From a virus, in the IMG/VR virus record IMGVR_UViG_3300049484_000177, positions 1-64,000 of that record: a stretch of DNA of 64,000 nucleotides; one strand, 5' to 3'. The notes below the pieces were generated by a model. The model made no database searches, had not been told where the DNA came from, and saw only the letters and a program-made list of their open reading frames with translations. This document shows positions 36,771 through 47,543 of the stretch, piece after piece. The translations under genes and the position numbers were made by a program. The number at the start of each line of letters is the position of its first letter. The first letter of the stretch is position 1.

Positions 36771-37658
36771 ATGAACCTAACCAGTGTGTTAGACGAACTA
36801 GGCATTAAGTATTGTACTGCCGGTCAACATCACCACGTCCGCGAAGGGTGGATTGGCACTTCGTGTTGTTGGTGCCCTCCACCAATCAACGGCAAAGGTC
36901 TCTACCGTCTAGGAATTCAGGTAGCAACCGGAAGGTGTAACTGTTGGGTCTGTGGTCATCATTCCTTAGAATCTGCTCTCGTAGCTCTCGCCAAGACAAC
37001 ATACCGTAACATACGGTCACTCCTCAAGAACATCTCCCTGCAGAAGTTCCATCTGCGAGATGGTAAGTCATCTGGCACTCTAGTTATACCAAAGCACGTC
37101 GAGCTGTTAGGCCCAGCACACAGAGACTACCTAGCCGAGAGGGGATTCAACCCAGACAAGATCGAAAAGCTCTGGGGTGTTGGAGGGATAGGGCTTTCCA
37201 ACAGACTAGCCTGGAGGCTATTCATTCCGGTGAACACCAACGGTGAGACTGTCTCCTGGACGACCAGAAGCATAGGCCGAAACAATCCCCGACGTTATGT
37301 AAATGCATCGCCCAACGAAGAGAAAGTACCCATCAAAAATACGTTATATGGCATCGACCTAGTCCGCAACAATATAGTTATAACCGAAGGTCCTACCGAC
37401 GTTTGGCGGATCGGACCAGGGGCAGTAGCTACGTTTGGATTGATCGTTAGCCCAATGCAAATCAAGCAAATCAGTCAGTTCCCATATCGAACCATCTGCT
37501 TCGACAATGAGCCCGCGGCACAGAAAAGGGCAACGTGGTTATGCGAGACGTTATCTACTTACCCAGGCAAAACACATAATGCCGTGCTTGACTCCGAAGA
37601 TCCAGGGTCAGCATCAGTTCGTGAGATTCGAAGGTTACGAGAAGCGGTGTTAGACTAG
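36771..37658 (+). CDS. DNA primase (Zn-binding plus TOPRIM)
   Basis: CCWC..CWVC, YLAERG, ITEGPTD, CFDNE. Confidence 0.85.
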   Translation: MNLTSVLDELGIKYCTAGQHHHVREGWIGTSCCWCPPPINGKGLYRLGIQVATGRCNCWVCGHHSLESALVALAKTTYRNIRSLLKNISLQKFHLRDGKSSGTLVIPKHVELLGPAHRDYLAERGFNPDKIEKLWGVGGIGLSNRLAWRLFIPVNTNGETVSWTTRSIGRNNPRRYVNASPNEEKVPIKNTLYGIDLVRNNIVITEGPTDVWRIGPGAVATFGLIVSPMQIKQISQFPYRTICFDNEPAAQKRATWLCETLSTYPGKTHNAVLDSEDPGSASVREIRRLREAVLD

Positions 37659-37667
37659 AGGTAAATC

Positions 37668-38795
37668 ATGATACAGGAACAACCACACCGACCAGATTTC
37701 TATAGGGACATATCTACTATGTACCCAAACATAATTGGTATATTCAACGGGAATGTACTTTCAGTCTACCTGTATATCTGTTTTTACTACTGCCTAGGCA
37801 GAAGAACATATATCAAACTAACATATGAACAGATACGAAACGGCACACAACTGACACATGGGTTGCCCATTTCGAGAGGCACCCTATCCAAAGCAATAAG
37901 CGAACTTAAGAAGCTGAAGTTGCTAGAAGTTAAACGCAAGAGGTATAAAGACCCTTATGGAGAAAGAGGAGGTAAGAAAGGAAAGATAACATCCCATTGG
38001 TATAAACCATTCATACCTGGAGTAGCAGAAGGTCATGTAATGGAGTTTCCCCTTGTGTCGGAAACGGGAAAAAGTCCGGTCGAAAATTTAGACCCTGGGG
38101 GCCGGGTACAGTCCAAAAATTCGACCGAAGTCCAGTCCAAAAATTCGACCGATAATTCGGTCCAAATTTTGACCGAAAGTCCGGTCGAAAATTTAGACCC
38201 TTTGTATTGTTCTCTAAACAATACAACTCTTCCGGAAAATCCGGAAAAGAAGACAATACATAAGTTAAGACCTAAAAAGAAAACCACCAAAAGTAAACTT
38301 CCAGAAGTTACTTTGAAACACAGGTCATCATCGCAGAGTAACAAGCTACCACTAATATCCTCGTCAGATAAGAATGAGGTGCCCTCGATAGACATATATC
38401 AAGAAGCAGTGACTTTATTATGGGACACTATAGCATCACATAACTTGCTCAGTAGAAAGTCCTCGCCTACTTCGTGGAAACACACTTTCAAGTATTACCA
38501 TACAACTAAGAACATCAATTGGAATGAACTCCTCGCCGTACTCAAATGGTACTGCAACAACTATGATATTGTTATAGCAGATAAATACTTCCCACAAGCA
38601 TATTCCGCCGAAGGCTTCTGCGAGAAATACCCTAGAATAGTGATGGCCATTAAAAGACGCGAAGATCAATCATTAAACATAGATGCTCTAGAAACTGCTT
38701 ATGATCCCGCCCCCACGAGACCAGAGGAGATTACCGAAGAGGAGAAAACAAGACGCAAGATACTACACAACGCTTCCATCGCTCACTTGTTGTAA
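37668..38795 (+). CDS. Putative replication initiator (winged HTH, internal iterons)
   Basis: ISRGTLSKAISELKKLKLL HTH; lies between primase and DnaB; contains repeated DNA boxes. Confidence 0.6.
   Translation: MIQEQPHRPDFYRDISTMYPNIIGIFNGNVLSVYLYICFYYCLGRRTYIKLTYEQIRNGTQLTHGLPISRGTLSKAISELKKLKLLEVKRKRYKDPYGERGGKKGKITSHWYKPFIPGVAEGHVMEFPLVSETGKSPVENLDPGGRVQSKNSTEVQSKNSTDNSVQILTESPVENLDPLYCSLNNTTLPENPEKKTIHKLRPKKKTTKSKLPEVTLKHRSSSQSNKLPLISSSDKNEVPSIDIYQEAVTLLWDTIASHNLLSRKSSPTSWKHTFKYYHTTKNINWNELLAVLKWYCNNYDIVIADKYFPQAYSAEGFCEKYPRIVMAIKRREDQSLNIDALETAYDPAPTRPEEITEEEKTRRKILHNASIAHLL
38071..38226. repeat. Iteron-like repeats plus AT-rich inverted repeat (putative origin)
   Basis: AAAGTCCGGTCGAAAATTTAGACCCT x2, CAGTCCAAAAATTCGACCGA x2, GGTCCAAATTTTGACC x1, then TTGTATTGTT-CTCTA-AACAATACAA. 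Confidence 0.75.
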
Positions 38796-38811
38796 CATGA
38801 CACGGTGACAA

Positions 38812-40269
38812 ATGAAAATATCCCGATTCGATTCGAGTAGCATGCGGCTTATACTGATTGGTATGATAACCAATATCAAGGTGTGTAGTCGTATGGCCTC
38901 TATAATGAATAGCAATAAAAGCATAAGGTTCAATGACGCGTACTCCAAGTTGATAGCTAAGTGGTGCATAGATCACCTAAAAAAGTTCGGTACGGTTATA
39001 GGTGATAACATAACCACGGTATTTCATCATTGGGCAGAAAACAGTGCTACTGATAAAGCCACGATAGATCAGATAGAAGATATACTAGAGTTTCTCTCGA
39101 ACGAATACAGCGGATCTGCCGACCAATCACCAGATTATATTCTGAGTCTAGCTACTGAGTATTTCAATACCCGCATCATTAAGAATAGAATTGAAGAAGC
39201 GGAAGGCAGCATCACATCAGGGCAGGTTGATGAAGCTTACAAACAGCTAAACTCAACACCGCGAATAGACTTTAGTGTCACCAGTATCATAAAGCCGCTG
39301 GAGGATCACGAAGAGTTACTAGAGGTATTCAATGAAGAACGAGTCAAGCCACTGTTTGAGTATCCAGGTGACCTCGGAAAGCTTATAGGTCAATCATTCA
39401 CCCGTGGAACATTATTTGCCTTTATGGGCATTGAGAAAGCAGGCAAGTCCTACTATCTACTTGATGCAGCATACAGAGCACTTAAACAACGTCATAGGGT
39501 AGCTTACTTTGAGGTAGGTGATCTCGGCAAGCGAAAGACGATAGAGCGATTGGGACAGAGGATACTAAGGCAACCCGTCAACAGTGAAGATGTAAGCTGG
39601 CCGATAGGGTGGGACAAAGAAGACAAGCCTACAACTGAACTCATTCACAAGGATGGAGTCTCGGTAGCACACCTAATGAAGAGAATCAGACGATATACAA
39701 GGGGCAGGGATTTACTTAGGTTATCTGTTCACACCAACTCAAGTATCAATGTAACTGGTATCGAATCCTATCTACAAGAGTGGGCGAGGATTGAGTGTTG
39801 GACTCCAGATGTAGTAGTCATCGATTATGCAGACATTCTGGCTCCTCCAAGTGGATTTATGGAACTGAAGGATCAGATAGATGAAACGTGGAAGCAGTTA
39901 CGACGTATGTCACAGACATATGATTGTCTAGTCCTGACTGCTACACAAACTGGCGCCCAAGCGTACAAGAAGAATGGTAGATACATAACACGTCATGACT
40001 TCTCCGGTCGCAAAACTAAGTTGGCTCATGTCAATGGTATACTTGGGCTTAATGCTAGTGCTGAAGATATGAGACGTAATATAACTAGGGTGAACTGGGT
40101 TGTACGAAGAGAGGGTGGGGGTTCTGAATCTCTCCAGGTGTTAGTAGCTGGATGCTTCGCTGCTGGCATGCCTATAGTCCTCTCTAAGTTCCCGAAGCCG
40201 TTCGTATCACCCAATGGTCAAAATGGCAAGGAATCATCCGAACATAAGGGAAAGGAAAAACCGGAATGA
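38812..40269 (+). CDS. DnaB-like replicative helicase
   Basis: GIEKAGKS, AYFE, VVIDYAD, LTATQ. Confidence 0.85.
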   Translation: MKISRFDSSSMRLILIGMITNIKVCSRMASIMNSNKSIRFNDAYSKLIAKWCIDHLKKFGTVIGDNITTVFHHWAENSATDKATIDQIEDILEFLSNEYSGSADQSPDYILSLATEYFNTRIIKNRIEEAEGSITSGQVDEAYKQLNSTPRIDFSVTSIIKPLEDHEELLEVFNEERVKPLFEYPGDLGKLIGQSFTRGTLFAFMGIEKAGKSYYLLDAAYRALKQRHRVAYFEVGDLGKRKTIERLGQRILRQPVNSEDVSWPIGWDKEDKPTTELIHKDGVSVAHLMKRIRRYTRGRDLLRLSVHTNSSINVTGIESYLQEWARIECWTPDVVVIDYADILAPPSGFMELKDQIDETWKQLRRMSQTYDCLVLTATQTGAQAYKKNGRYITRHDFSGRKTKLAHVNGILGLNASAEDMRRNITRVNWVVRREGGGSESLQVLVAGCFAAGMPIVLSKFPKPFVSPNGQNGKESSEHKGKEKPE

Positions 40270-40438
40270 GAACCGAAACCAAACTTCAAAGCCTTGGGGC
40301 CAGGCTCCCCGAATTTCGGGGCTTGGAAGAAGGGTTCGGGTTCCGGTCGGGGAATCCGAGAGTCCCGTAAACGGGGACGTGGTGGGTTTGGTGGGGTCCG
40401 TCTTGTGGGGAAGGAAACATTCCCCATTGTAACTATTT

Positions 40439-40939
40439 GTGGCGAGGAGTGATTGCATGACAACGATCAAACGTGGATTGGTAGTGAAGGTAATGGAGTC
40501 TGCCGGGTTCACTACAGCAGGAGCATTGTCTACCGGACGTCTAACGAAAAAGATCAACCGCATCAATCGGGTAGTGAAGACACCGAAGGATCTAATGGAC
40601 AACACGGAGGAATCAGTCATCAGTGCATTCAAGGTTATCATGCGATGCATTGAGATAGGTGACAGAATCATCGTACAGGAAGACCGGGAGAATATCCCAG
40701 TGGTAGAGCACGAGCCACAAGCAAAAAGGGCCTATGTGTCTCACTTCGATCAAGGGAGGGGCAAGTACGATTGGAACACCATACTATCCGGCAGGATAGT
40801 CCAGTTAGTTCAGGGAGAGGATTACGATTGCAAGACCTCGGCATTTGGTGTGCAGGTCAGGACACACGCAAAGAAGTTAGGTGTAGGGGTTCGTATATCA
40901 ATCAGCAAGAGCAAGATCGTCGTCCAGGCAATTAGGTAG
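40439..40939 (+). CDS. Hypothetical protein
   Basis: Long ORF; GRGKYDW..LVQGEDY. Confidence 0.5.
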   Translation: MARSDCMTTIKRGLVVKVMESAGFTTAGALSTGRLTKKINRINRVVKTPKDLMDNTEESVISAFKVIMRCIEIGDRIIVQEDRENIPVVEHEPQAKRAYVSHFDQGRGKYDWNTILSGRIVQLVQGEDYDCKTSAFGVQVRTHAKKLGVGVRISISKSKIVVQAIR

Positions 40940-40953
40940 ATGGAGGCTAATCA

Positions 40954-41358
40954 ATGTGGACGCCTAGAGGTAAGGACGAAAAGAAGCCGGTTGGAATTCT
41001 CCAAGCTACGTTCGAGCGGCTTCACGAGGCTGGGTGCATTCAAACCCTTGCAGATCAAGAAGCAGACGTAATTGAAGCCCGGAGAAAGCACGGGGTTGTT
41101 TTCAGTGGTCTCATGTTCATAACCAATCAGAACCCCTGTGATGGCTGCCCTGAATACAAGAACGGGACCTGTCAAGCCTTCCTCAAGTATCACACCCAAG
41201 CCGCCCGCGATGAGAATGACCGAAGGGTTCGGAAGCTTGAGTCCACAGCTCCCAAGGGCACAGAGAAATACCCCGGTCTAAGTGTTGCCCAGATCGCTGA
41301 TGAGTTGCACATCTCCAAGAGTGAAGTGAGACGTAGAAAGGCGGCTGGGACTCTGTAA
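40954..41358 (+). CDS. Protein with Cys cluster and C-terminal HTH
   Basis: CDGC..C; GLSVAQIADELHISKSEVRR. Confidence 0.55.
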   Translation: MWTPRGKDEKKPVGILQATFERLHEAGCIQTLADQEADVIEARRKHGVVFSGLMFITNQNPCDGCPEYKNGTCQAFLKYHTQAARDENDRRVRKLESTAPKGTEKYPGLSVAQIADELHISKSEVRRRKAAGTL

Positions 41359-41366
41359 GGGGATAG

Positions 41367-41756
41367 GTGATGGGTTGGTCCCTCCTACTTGGGGTAATCC
41401 TCATATTGTACATTCTTGAACTAATCCACGATCTGAGGATGAGGAACAGGTCACCCAAACCAGTACACACCATAAAGTGGAAGTCGGTAGGAGATGAAAG
41501 ACCTAGACATATGGGATTAACAACTCGGGTATCCATCAAATTGTCCGAAGAGGGAAAAGGGAAACGTTGGCTTGCTGCTACGTTAACAACGAATACACCA
41601 GATGGCGTGGCCGTTATTCGTAGGGCTGGTTGGTGTCATCCTCCTGCAAGTATACTAGTTGTACGCATAACTTCCGACTGTCCAGTTGAACTACTGGATG
41701 CAGCGGTTGAAGCGGGTTACTACGTTGTTGGCAAACCAATAGACAAAAGGATCTAA
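41367..41756 (+). CDS. Membrane-anchored hypothetical protein
   Basis: N-terminal hydrophobic helix. Confidence 0.45.
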   Translation: MMGWSLLLGVILILYILELIHDLRMRNRSPKPVHTIKWKSVGDERPRHMGLTTRVSIKLSEEGKGKRWLAATLTTNTPDGVAVIRRAGWCHPPASILVVRITSDCPVELLDAAVEAGYYVVGKPIDKRI

Positions 41757-41759
41757 CCA

Positions 41760-42824
41760 ATGCGAATCAATCGCGAGTATTTGCTCCACAAACTCCAACA
41801 GGTATCCCCTGGATTAGCAAGCCGGGAAATTGTTGAACAGTCCGCATCGTTTGTGTTCAATGAAGGTTCTATAGCTACATTCAACGATGAGGTACTGTGT
41901 ATTGCCGATCTTGAATGTGATATTGTAGGGGCTGTGCATGCAGCTCCACTGAGCAGTCTCTTATCGAAGCTGGCAGAAGATGAATTGGACATTTCATCTA
42001 ATGGGTCAGAGTTGCTCGTCAAGGGCAAAAGAAGCCGATCTGGCATTAGGATGCAGAAGGACATACTTCTGCCTATCTCCAGCGTCGAGCTGCCAGACGA
42101 TTCATCATGGTCTGATCTTCATGGTGAGTTTGTGGAGGCACTAACCATCGTTGAGGGATCGGCATCGAAGGATGATTCCACCTTCAACCTTACCTGCATC
42201 CATGTCAGTCCCAAATATCTCGAAGCCTGCGATGGTTACCAACTCACCCGATACAAACTGAAGACCGGTATAACTAACGAATGCCTCATCAAACGGGACG
42301 CAGCGAAGTCCCTCATTGGATCATCAGTCAATCAGGTCAGCGAAGGTAAGAATTGGATTCATTTCAGGGGCAAGGAGATTCGCATATCCTTCCGCAAGTG
42401 GATTCAGGACTACGTTGATCTTAGTCAGCTCATCAGTGCACGCGGGCAAAAGACAACACTGCCGGGAGGGTTAGCTGAGGCTGTGGACAAGGCTGAAATA
42501 TTCTCGGCCGACAATTCGGTTAGGAATGAGGTCACAGTACAAATCAGACAGGGAAGGCTGAGACTGAAGGGTGAGGGTGGCCACGGGTGGTACGAGGAAC
42601 GAAAGAAGATCGAGTACACTGGTGAGCCCATCTCTTTCATGATCTCGCCCAAGCTGTTAACTGAGATCACCAAACGAACGAATGACTGTGAAATCACTAG
42701 GGGCTGTTTGAGAATCGATGCAGGCAAGTTCATCTTTGTGGCAGCACTTGGTGAGATAGAGGAAAAGGAAGAGGTAGTAGCCGAACAGGAAGAGACACAG
42801 GGACAAGCAGAGGAGCAAGAATGA
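41760..42824 (+). CDS. DNA sliding clamp (DNA pol III beta-like)
   Basis: About 350 aa; MRINREYLLHKL, LEACDGYQL, ISFMISPKLL; clamp loader gene nearby. Confidence 0.75.
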   Translation: MRINREYLLHKLQQVSPGLASREIVEQSASFVFNEGSIATFNDEVLCIADLECDIVGAVHAAPLSSLLSKLAEDELDISSNGSELLVKGKRSRSGIRMQKDILLPISSVELPDDSSWSDLHGEFVEALTIVEGSASKDDSTFNLTCIHVSPKYLEACDGYQLTRYKLKTGITNECLIKRDAAKSLIGSSVNQVSEGKNWIHFRGKEIRISFRKWIQDYVDLSQLISARGQKTTLPGGLAEAVDKAEIFSADNSVRNEVTVQIRQGRLRLKGEGGHGWYEERKKIEYTGEPISFMISPKLLTEITKRTNDCEITRGCLRIDAGKFIFVAALGEIEEKEEVVAEQEETQGQAEEQE

Positions 42825-43144
42825 TATATCTTGCTAGTCCGTATTCTGATCCCAATCCGGTTGTTATGGAGGAAAGATTCAGGGCTGCTTGTATTGCCGC
42901 TGGGGAACTCATGAACCAAGGATTGGTAGTTTTCAGTCCTATTGCTCATACCCATCCAATAGCTGTTGCCTGCAATCTACCAAGGGGCTGGGATTATTGG
43001 CATCAGTTCGACTTGGAATTCATTAGGGCAGCAGATGCTTTAATCGTCCTACGATTGCCTGGATGGAACAAGTCAAAAGGTATAGATGGTGAACTGTCGA
43101 TAGCTAGGGATTTGTGTATCCCAATAGACTTCATTGATCCTTAA
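42821..43144 (+). CDS. DUF1937 / nucleoside deoxyribosyltransferase-like protein
   Basis: MIYLASPYS, VFSPIAHTH, GWNKSKG..E. Confidence 0.75.
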   Translation: MIYLASPYSDPNPVVMEERFRAACIAAGELMNQGLVVFSPIAHTHPIAVACNLPRGWDYWHQFDLEFIRAADALIVLRLPGWNKSKGIDGELSIARDLCIPIDFIDP

Positions 43145-43332
43145 CGCCCTCCACAGGCTTACCCGTTCCGAAGATTAGGCTGGTTCCTAACGCAAGAGTC
43201 GTGGTGCCACCGCAGAGAAAGAGGGTACTGGAAACGCAGAGTAGAATCGACAATCCGATAAGGTCTTCTGTATCTCCAAAGGGGACGTTCCCCAACTGTG
43301 GAGGGTGTTTTTATTTTCAAGGGAGCCAACAA

Positions 43333-43527
43333 ATGAGTGATGAAGAAAAAGCAAGAGTGAGAAAGATGCAGGAGGAGGATCAGGCCCTAGCCAGGATGGC
43401 AGATACTCTACCTGCCGTATTCTGGAGGATGTACAAGAATCTATGTGAGGAAGGATTCAGTGAAGGACAAGCTATGTCCTTACTCCAGACGTTTATTGCG
43501 AGTGCTATAGGTGCGATCAAGCCATGA
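43333..43527 (+). CDS. Hypothetical protein
   Basis: GGGAG RBS; YKNLCEEGFSEGQAM. Confidence 0.55.
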   Translation: MSDEEKARVRKMQEEDQALARMADTLPAVFWRMYKNLCEEGFSEGQAMSLLQTFIASAIGAIKP

Positions 43528-43957
43528 GTTATCCCTACTACTACGCATGGAATAACAATAGCAAGAGAAGGACTCTCTACATGCGACCATGCAGACTAGT
43601 TGCTAAGGGATCAAGGAACTCGGTGCTCATTGAGTTCGAAGGGGGCCAACAGGAATGTGTTAGTAGGTTCTCTATCAGGAAACAACCAAGGAGGCCGGCA
43701 TTGCCGTTGTTCAAATGAGTATTCCGCTAAAGCCAGATGATCCGGCTATGTGTTTGTTGAAGGACAACGTTCACTCTCGTCCAAAGATATTCAGACCAGA
43801 CTGCTACATTTGTACGGACCCAGAATTTGCTCTGATGGGTTTACCTCTGTGTCAGCCATGCCCGAAGTGTGGTGGCCACGTAGCGGCAGATGATACAATT
43901 TGTGATGAATGCGGATTTGATACCCTTCCCATACCTCCCGACTACTTCGAGTGATAT

Positions 43958-44440
43958 ATGAGCAAATGCTTCATCGTTACCACGGGAGAGTATTCAGACT
44001 ACAGCATAGAGGCTGTATTCACCAAAGAAGATTCTGCTAACGAGTACTCCAGTAACTTGCCGGGGTCTCGGGTAGAAGAGCAGGAACTTGATCCTAAGTA
44101 CTCCATCTGTACGGAGAAGAGATGGAGTGTATACATCAGACTCAATTCAGGTGAGGTTCTCTGCATAGTTAAGCATAAGGAAGTCGTTTGTGACGGTGAA
44201 CCTGAAGAGCAATTGAGACTGAGAACATGGATTGACTCAGATCCTACAAGCATTTGTTGTATGGACAGAATGACTTGTTATGATAGTCTTAGTGGTATAG
44301 TAAAAGCCAAATCAGAGGAACACGCTCGCAGGCACGTAGAGGAGATTCGTAGGCAGATCCTAGCCGGTCAGTTACCGTCTGGAGTTGAAAATGTTGATTC
44401 TTACCAAAGGTGTCTAGCAATAACAAACCAACAACGGTGA
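43958..44440 (+). CDS. Hypothetical protein
   Basis: TTGEYSDYSIEAVF, common phage N-terminus. Confidence 0.55.
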   Translation: MSKCFIVTTGEYSDYSIEAVFTKEDSANEYSSNLPGSRVEEQELDPKYSICTEKRWSVYIRLNSGEVLCIVKHKEVVCDGEPEEQLRLRTWIDSDPTSICCMDRMTCYDSLSGIVKAKSEEHARRHVEEIRRQILAGQLPSGVENVDSYQRCLAITNQQR

Positions 44441-44956
44441 GGCCAATGTCCCCAGAACCAGCTTATGCGTACTGCAAGAAGGTAAAGTTGTCTGTTTGTA
44501 CCACCCCAGCAAATGGCACCTTCAATATCTATGTAAGGCATTGGTGGATAGTAACCCCAGACGACGAGATTCTTCTCTACAGAGGATACTCACCCCAATG
44601 CAACTCTAACGAATCTGTAGCGAGGGGCATTCGAGATCGTCTCTACCCCGATATGGATGTTCGCCGGTTGGACCAAGTATTTCTGCCCCACCACGGATAG
44701 CTATAATGGATCACTACAACAAACTCTCGTACCAAGAGATCGAGAAGCTGGTCGATTATATTGACAAGGGGATGCGGACAATGAATGGTGATACCACCAT
44801 GATCCCTTTGACAGCAAGGCAGGTAGCCATTCTATTGTGGACCTACGCAAAGAGAACAAGGCCAATGCCAGGGGCTTATATCTTCGCTGATATTCAGTGT
44901 ATGCTGAGGGAAGGCCAGCTCTCAAACATTTCTCCGGATGAAAGGAGTCCTTTTGA

Positions 44957-47188
44957 GTGAAAGGATTCTTCAAACGATCTGATTTGTTATTGATGGGCAG
45001 CAAGCCTGCTAATCTAGCCCCTCGCTGTAAAGTGTGTCGGTTGTATAGGGGATGCAATAGCCCCAAAATGCCGGTTACAGGTGAGGGTCGGTTAGGTGTG
45101 TTAGTGATTGCGGAAGCGCCGGGAGCGAAAGAGGATGAGCGAAACGAGCAGCTTATAGGTAAGGCTGGTCAGCGGCTACGGAGTACACTCGAACCGTTAG
45201 GGGTTGATCTAGACGAGGACTGCTGGAAGACCAATGCAATCATTTGTTTTATAAGTCCAAAAGTGACAATTTATACAAGCAAAGGTTACAAACAGATAAG
45301 TAGAATACAAGTAGGGGATCTCGTGTTAACTGACAAGGGAAGATTCAAGCGAGTAATATCAAGATCTGTGGATCTCCCTTTGCATCAAAGACAGAATAAA
45401 AGAAAGCTGGTAGATATCAGATTCGCAAACCATAAGTTAACAGTCACGGCAGATCACTTATTTTATACTAGAGATGGATGGAAAAGAGCAGATCAACTAT
45501 TAACTGGTGAAGAAGTAAGAGCGCTGGGAGAAAAATGCATAGTTTGTGGTGTTGTGTATTTCAAACAACCAGGTAGGTTCGATACCGCAGAGAGTACATG
45601 CTCTCCTTGTTGTCATAACATAATGGTAAGTAGAAAGAACGGACCAGCTATATCAAAGAGCTTGAGACAACAATACGAGACAGGACAACGTGACCCAATA
45701 TTAATCACTAACAAAGCTCATTTAGCAGTCAAGAAGCTTATGCTAGATGGTAAATGGGCTGATATGACTGCACGAACTGATGAAGGAAAAAAGAGGGCCT
45801 ATAGGACAAATGCACAACTGAGACAAGGACATAATAATCTTAAACCAGGACAATGGATAGGTGATTGGGAGCAAACGATAGCTAATTATCTAAAATCAGA
45901 GAACATAGAATACTTCTCGCAATATGCTATAGGTTCCAGAAATGTAGATTTTTATTTACCTGACCACAAGCTCATGATCGAGGTAGAAAATAACAATAGA
46001 CCAGAATCGTACTTCTCCAGAAGAATTAAATTAGCAGAATCAATGGGTTGTAAACTAGTCTTTTTGCAATCAACTAACCCATTGAGAGAATTGCAGAGAT
46101 TACTAAAGAATGACACACACAACTATTACTTTACATGGATGCCACTCAAATCAGTAACAATAAGACTCCCCGCACGGCAGGAGTATCTTTATTGTATCGA
46201 AGTAGAGGAGGATGCCAGTTATGTAGCCAAAGGATTAGTCAGCCACAATTGTCGCCCCCCAAATAATAGAACACCAACCGAAGAGGAGTTAGATTGCTGC
46301 CGTCCTAACCTAGTAAAAACCATCGAGGAGTTGCAACCTCATACAATCATTGTATTAGGGGAGGTAGCACTCAGGCAGCTCATCAATCCGTGGTGGCACA
46401 GAGATATTGGTGGTATAGGAAGGTGGGCCGGATTTAGGATACCACTACAATCGTTGAATGCTTGGGTCTGCCCCACCTGGCACCCGTCGTATCTTGAGCG
46501 GGAAGGTGCTAAGGATGGTAACGTTCTTCAGTTATGGTTTAGTAAGCATCTAGAATCGGCATTTGAAAAGAAGGAACGTCCTTGGTCTATAGTACCTAAC
46601 TACCAAGCCATAGTGGAACAGGCACTCGATCCATCTAGCATCATGGAAGAGATGAAAGACTATAGTGGCATGGCCAGTTTCGATTATGAAACAAACATGC
46701 TGAAGCCCGATAACAATAAGGCTGCTTGTGTTAGCTGTTCGATTGCTTGGGGTAAGGGTAGAGTATCACGTTGTATTGCTTATGTTATGACCGCAGAGAA
46801 CAAAAGGCTCACCCGATCCTTCTTACGCTCCCCTATTCCGAAGATAGGAGCATCAATCAAGTTCGAAGAGCGTTGGTCGCTGCGTCATTTCGGAACTAGG
46901 GTTCGTAACTGGTTCTGGGACACAATGCTATGTGCTCACGTTTTAGACAATCGGCCAGGCATAACATCCCTTGATTTCCAAGCATTCGTTCGATTAGGAT
47001 TACCAACATACAGTGCTCATATATCTCCGTTGCTCAAAACTAAGGATGGGACAACCGTCAACCAGATCCTAACGGAGATTAGTACCTCAGAGCTACTCAA
47101 GTATAATGGGCTGGATGCCATATCGGAATTTGAGGTAGCGGTTAGTCAGATGAAGGAGTTGGGTCAACGTCCACCATGGATCTCTTAG
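44957..47188 (+). CDS. Family-4 uracil-DNA glycosylase (intein-containing) fused to a 3'-5' exonuclease; N-terminal half of a split family-A polymerase
   Basis: [25 protein letters not shown] (UDG4); FDYET, KFE, DTML, YNGLDA (Exo I-III). Confidence 0.85.
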   Translation: MKGFFKRSDLLLMGSKPANLAPRCKVCRLYRGCNSPKMPVTGEGRLGVLVIAEAPGAKEDERNEQLIGKAGQRLRSTLEPLGVDLDEDCWKTNAIICFISPKVTIYTSKGYKQISRIQVGDLVLTDKGRFKRVISRSVDLPLHQRQNKRKLVDIRFANHKLTVTADHLFYTRDGWKRADQLLTGEEVRALGEKCIVCGVVYFKQPGRFDTAESTCSPCCHNIMVSRKNGPAISKSLRQQYETGQRDPILITNKAHLAVKKLMLDGKWADMTARTDEGKKRAYRTNAQLRQGHNNLKPGQWIGDWEQTIANYLKSENIEYFSQYAIGSRNVDFYLPDHKLMIEVENNNRPESYFSRRIKLAESMGCKLVFLQSTNPLRELQRLLKNDTHNYYFTWMPLKSVTIRLPARQEYLYCIEVEEDASYVAKGLVSHNCRPPNNRTPTEEELDCCRPNLVKTIEELQPHTIIVLGEVALRQLINPWWHRDIGGIGRWAGFRIPLQSLNAWVCPTWHPSYLEREGAKDGNVLQLWFSKHLESAFEKKERPWSIVPNYQAIVEQALDPSSIMEEMKDYSGMASFDYETNMLKPDNNKAACVSCSIAWGKGRVSRCIAYVMTAENKRLTRSFLRSPIPKIGASIKFEERWSLRHFGTRVRNWFWDTMLCAHVLDNRPGITSLDFQAFVRLGLPTYSAHISPLLKTKDGTTVNQILTEISTSELLKYNGLDAISEFEVAVSQMKELGQRPPWIS
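45245..46249 (+). mobile_element. Intein (335 aa) with internal Vsr/DUF559-like endonuclease
   Basis: Starts [11 protein letters not shown], block B TVTADHLF, ends [17 protein letters not shown] before Cys+1; removal restores NAII-CRPP; [14 protein letters not shown]. Confidence 0.9.
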
Positions 47189-47204
47189 AGAAAGGAGATG
47201 GACA

Positions 47205-47420
47205 ATGTTAGTGCTATCGAGGAAACGGGGAGAATCGATAATCATTGGGGATGGCATCAAGATCGTCATTGTTGACGTCCGGGGAGACAAAGTTCGCTTA
47301 GGAGTTCAAGCGTCACCAGAAATCCCAGTTCACAGGGAAGAGGTTTACAATGCCATTCAGAGGGAGAAACAAGCCAATACCAAATGTGGTGAGGGTTGGT
47401 CAGGTAGCCTTTTATTATGA
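47205..47420 (+). CDS. csrA: Carbon storage regulator (RNA-binding)
   Basis: [48 protein letters not shown]; strong RBS. Confidence 0.92.
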   Translation: MLVLSRKRGESIIIGDGIKIVIVDVRGDKVRLGVQASPEIPVHREEVYNAIQREKQANTKCGEGWSGSLLL

Positions 47421-47431
47421 TAATCTACTAC

Positions 47432-47543
47432 GACCGAGTGGCGGAAATACCGGGCGATGAGTCCTGTCGGCAGACGCGCCAGCCTATAGCTGGTGTCTAG
47501 GTGCAAATCCTGGGACGTATGGGTTCGAATCCCATCTCGGTCA
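47432..47543 (+). tRNA. Non-canonical Leu-type tRNA-like element with D-loop insertion and aberrant anticodon loop
   Basis: Acceptor GACCGAG/CTCGGTC+A, TGGCGGAA..GGCAGACGCG, T-arm ATGGG-TTCGAAT-CCCAT, long variable arm. Confidence 0.6.
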
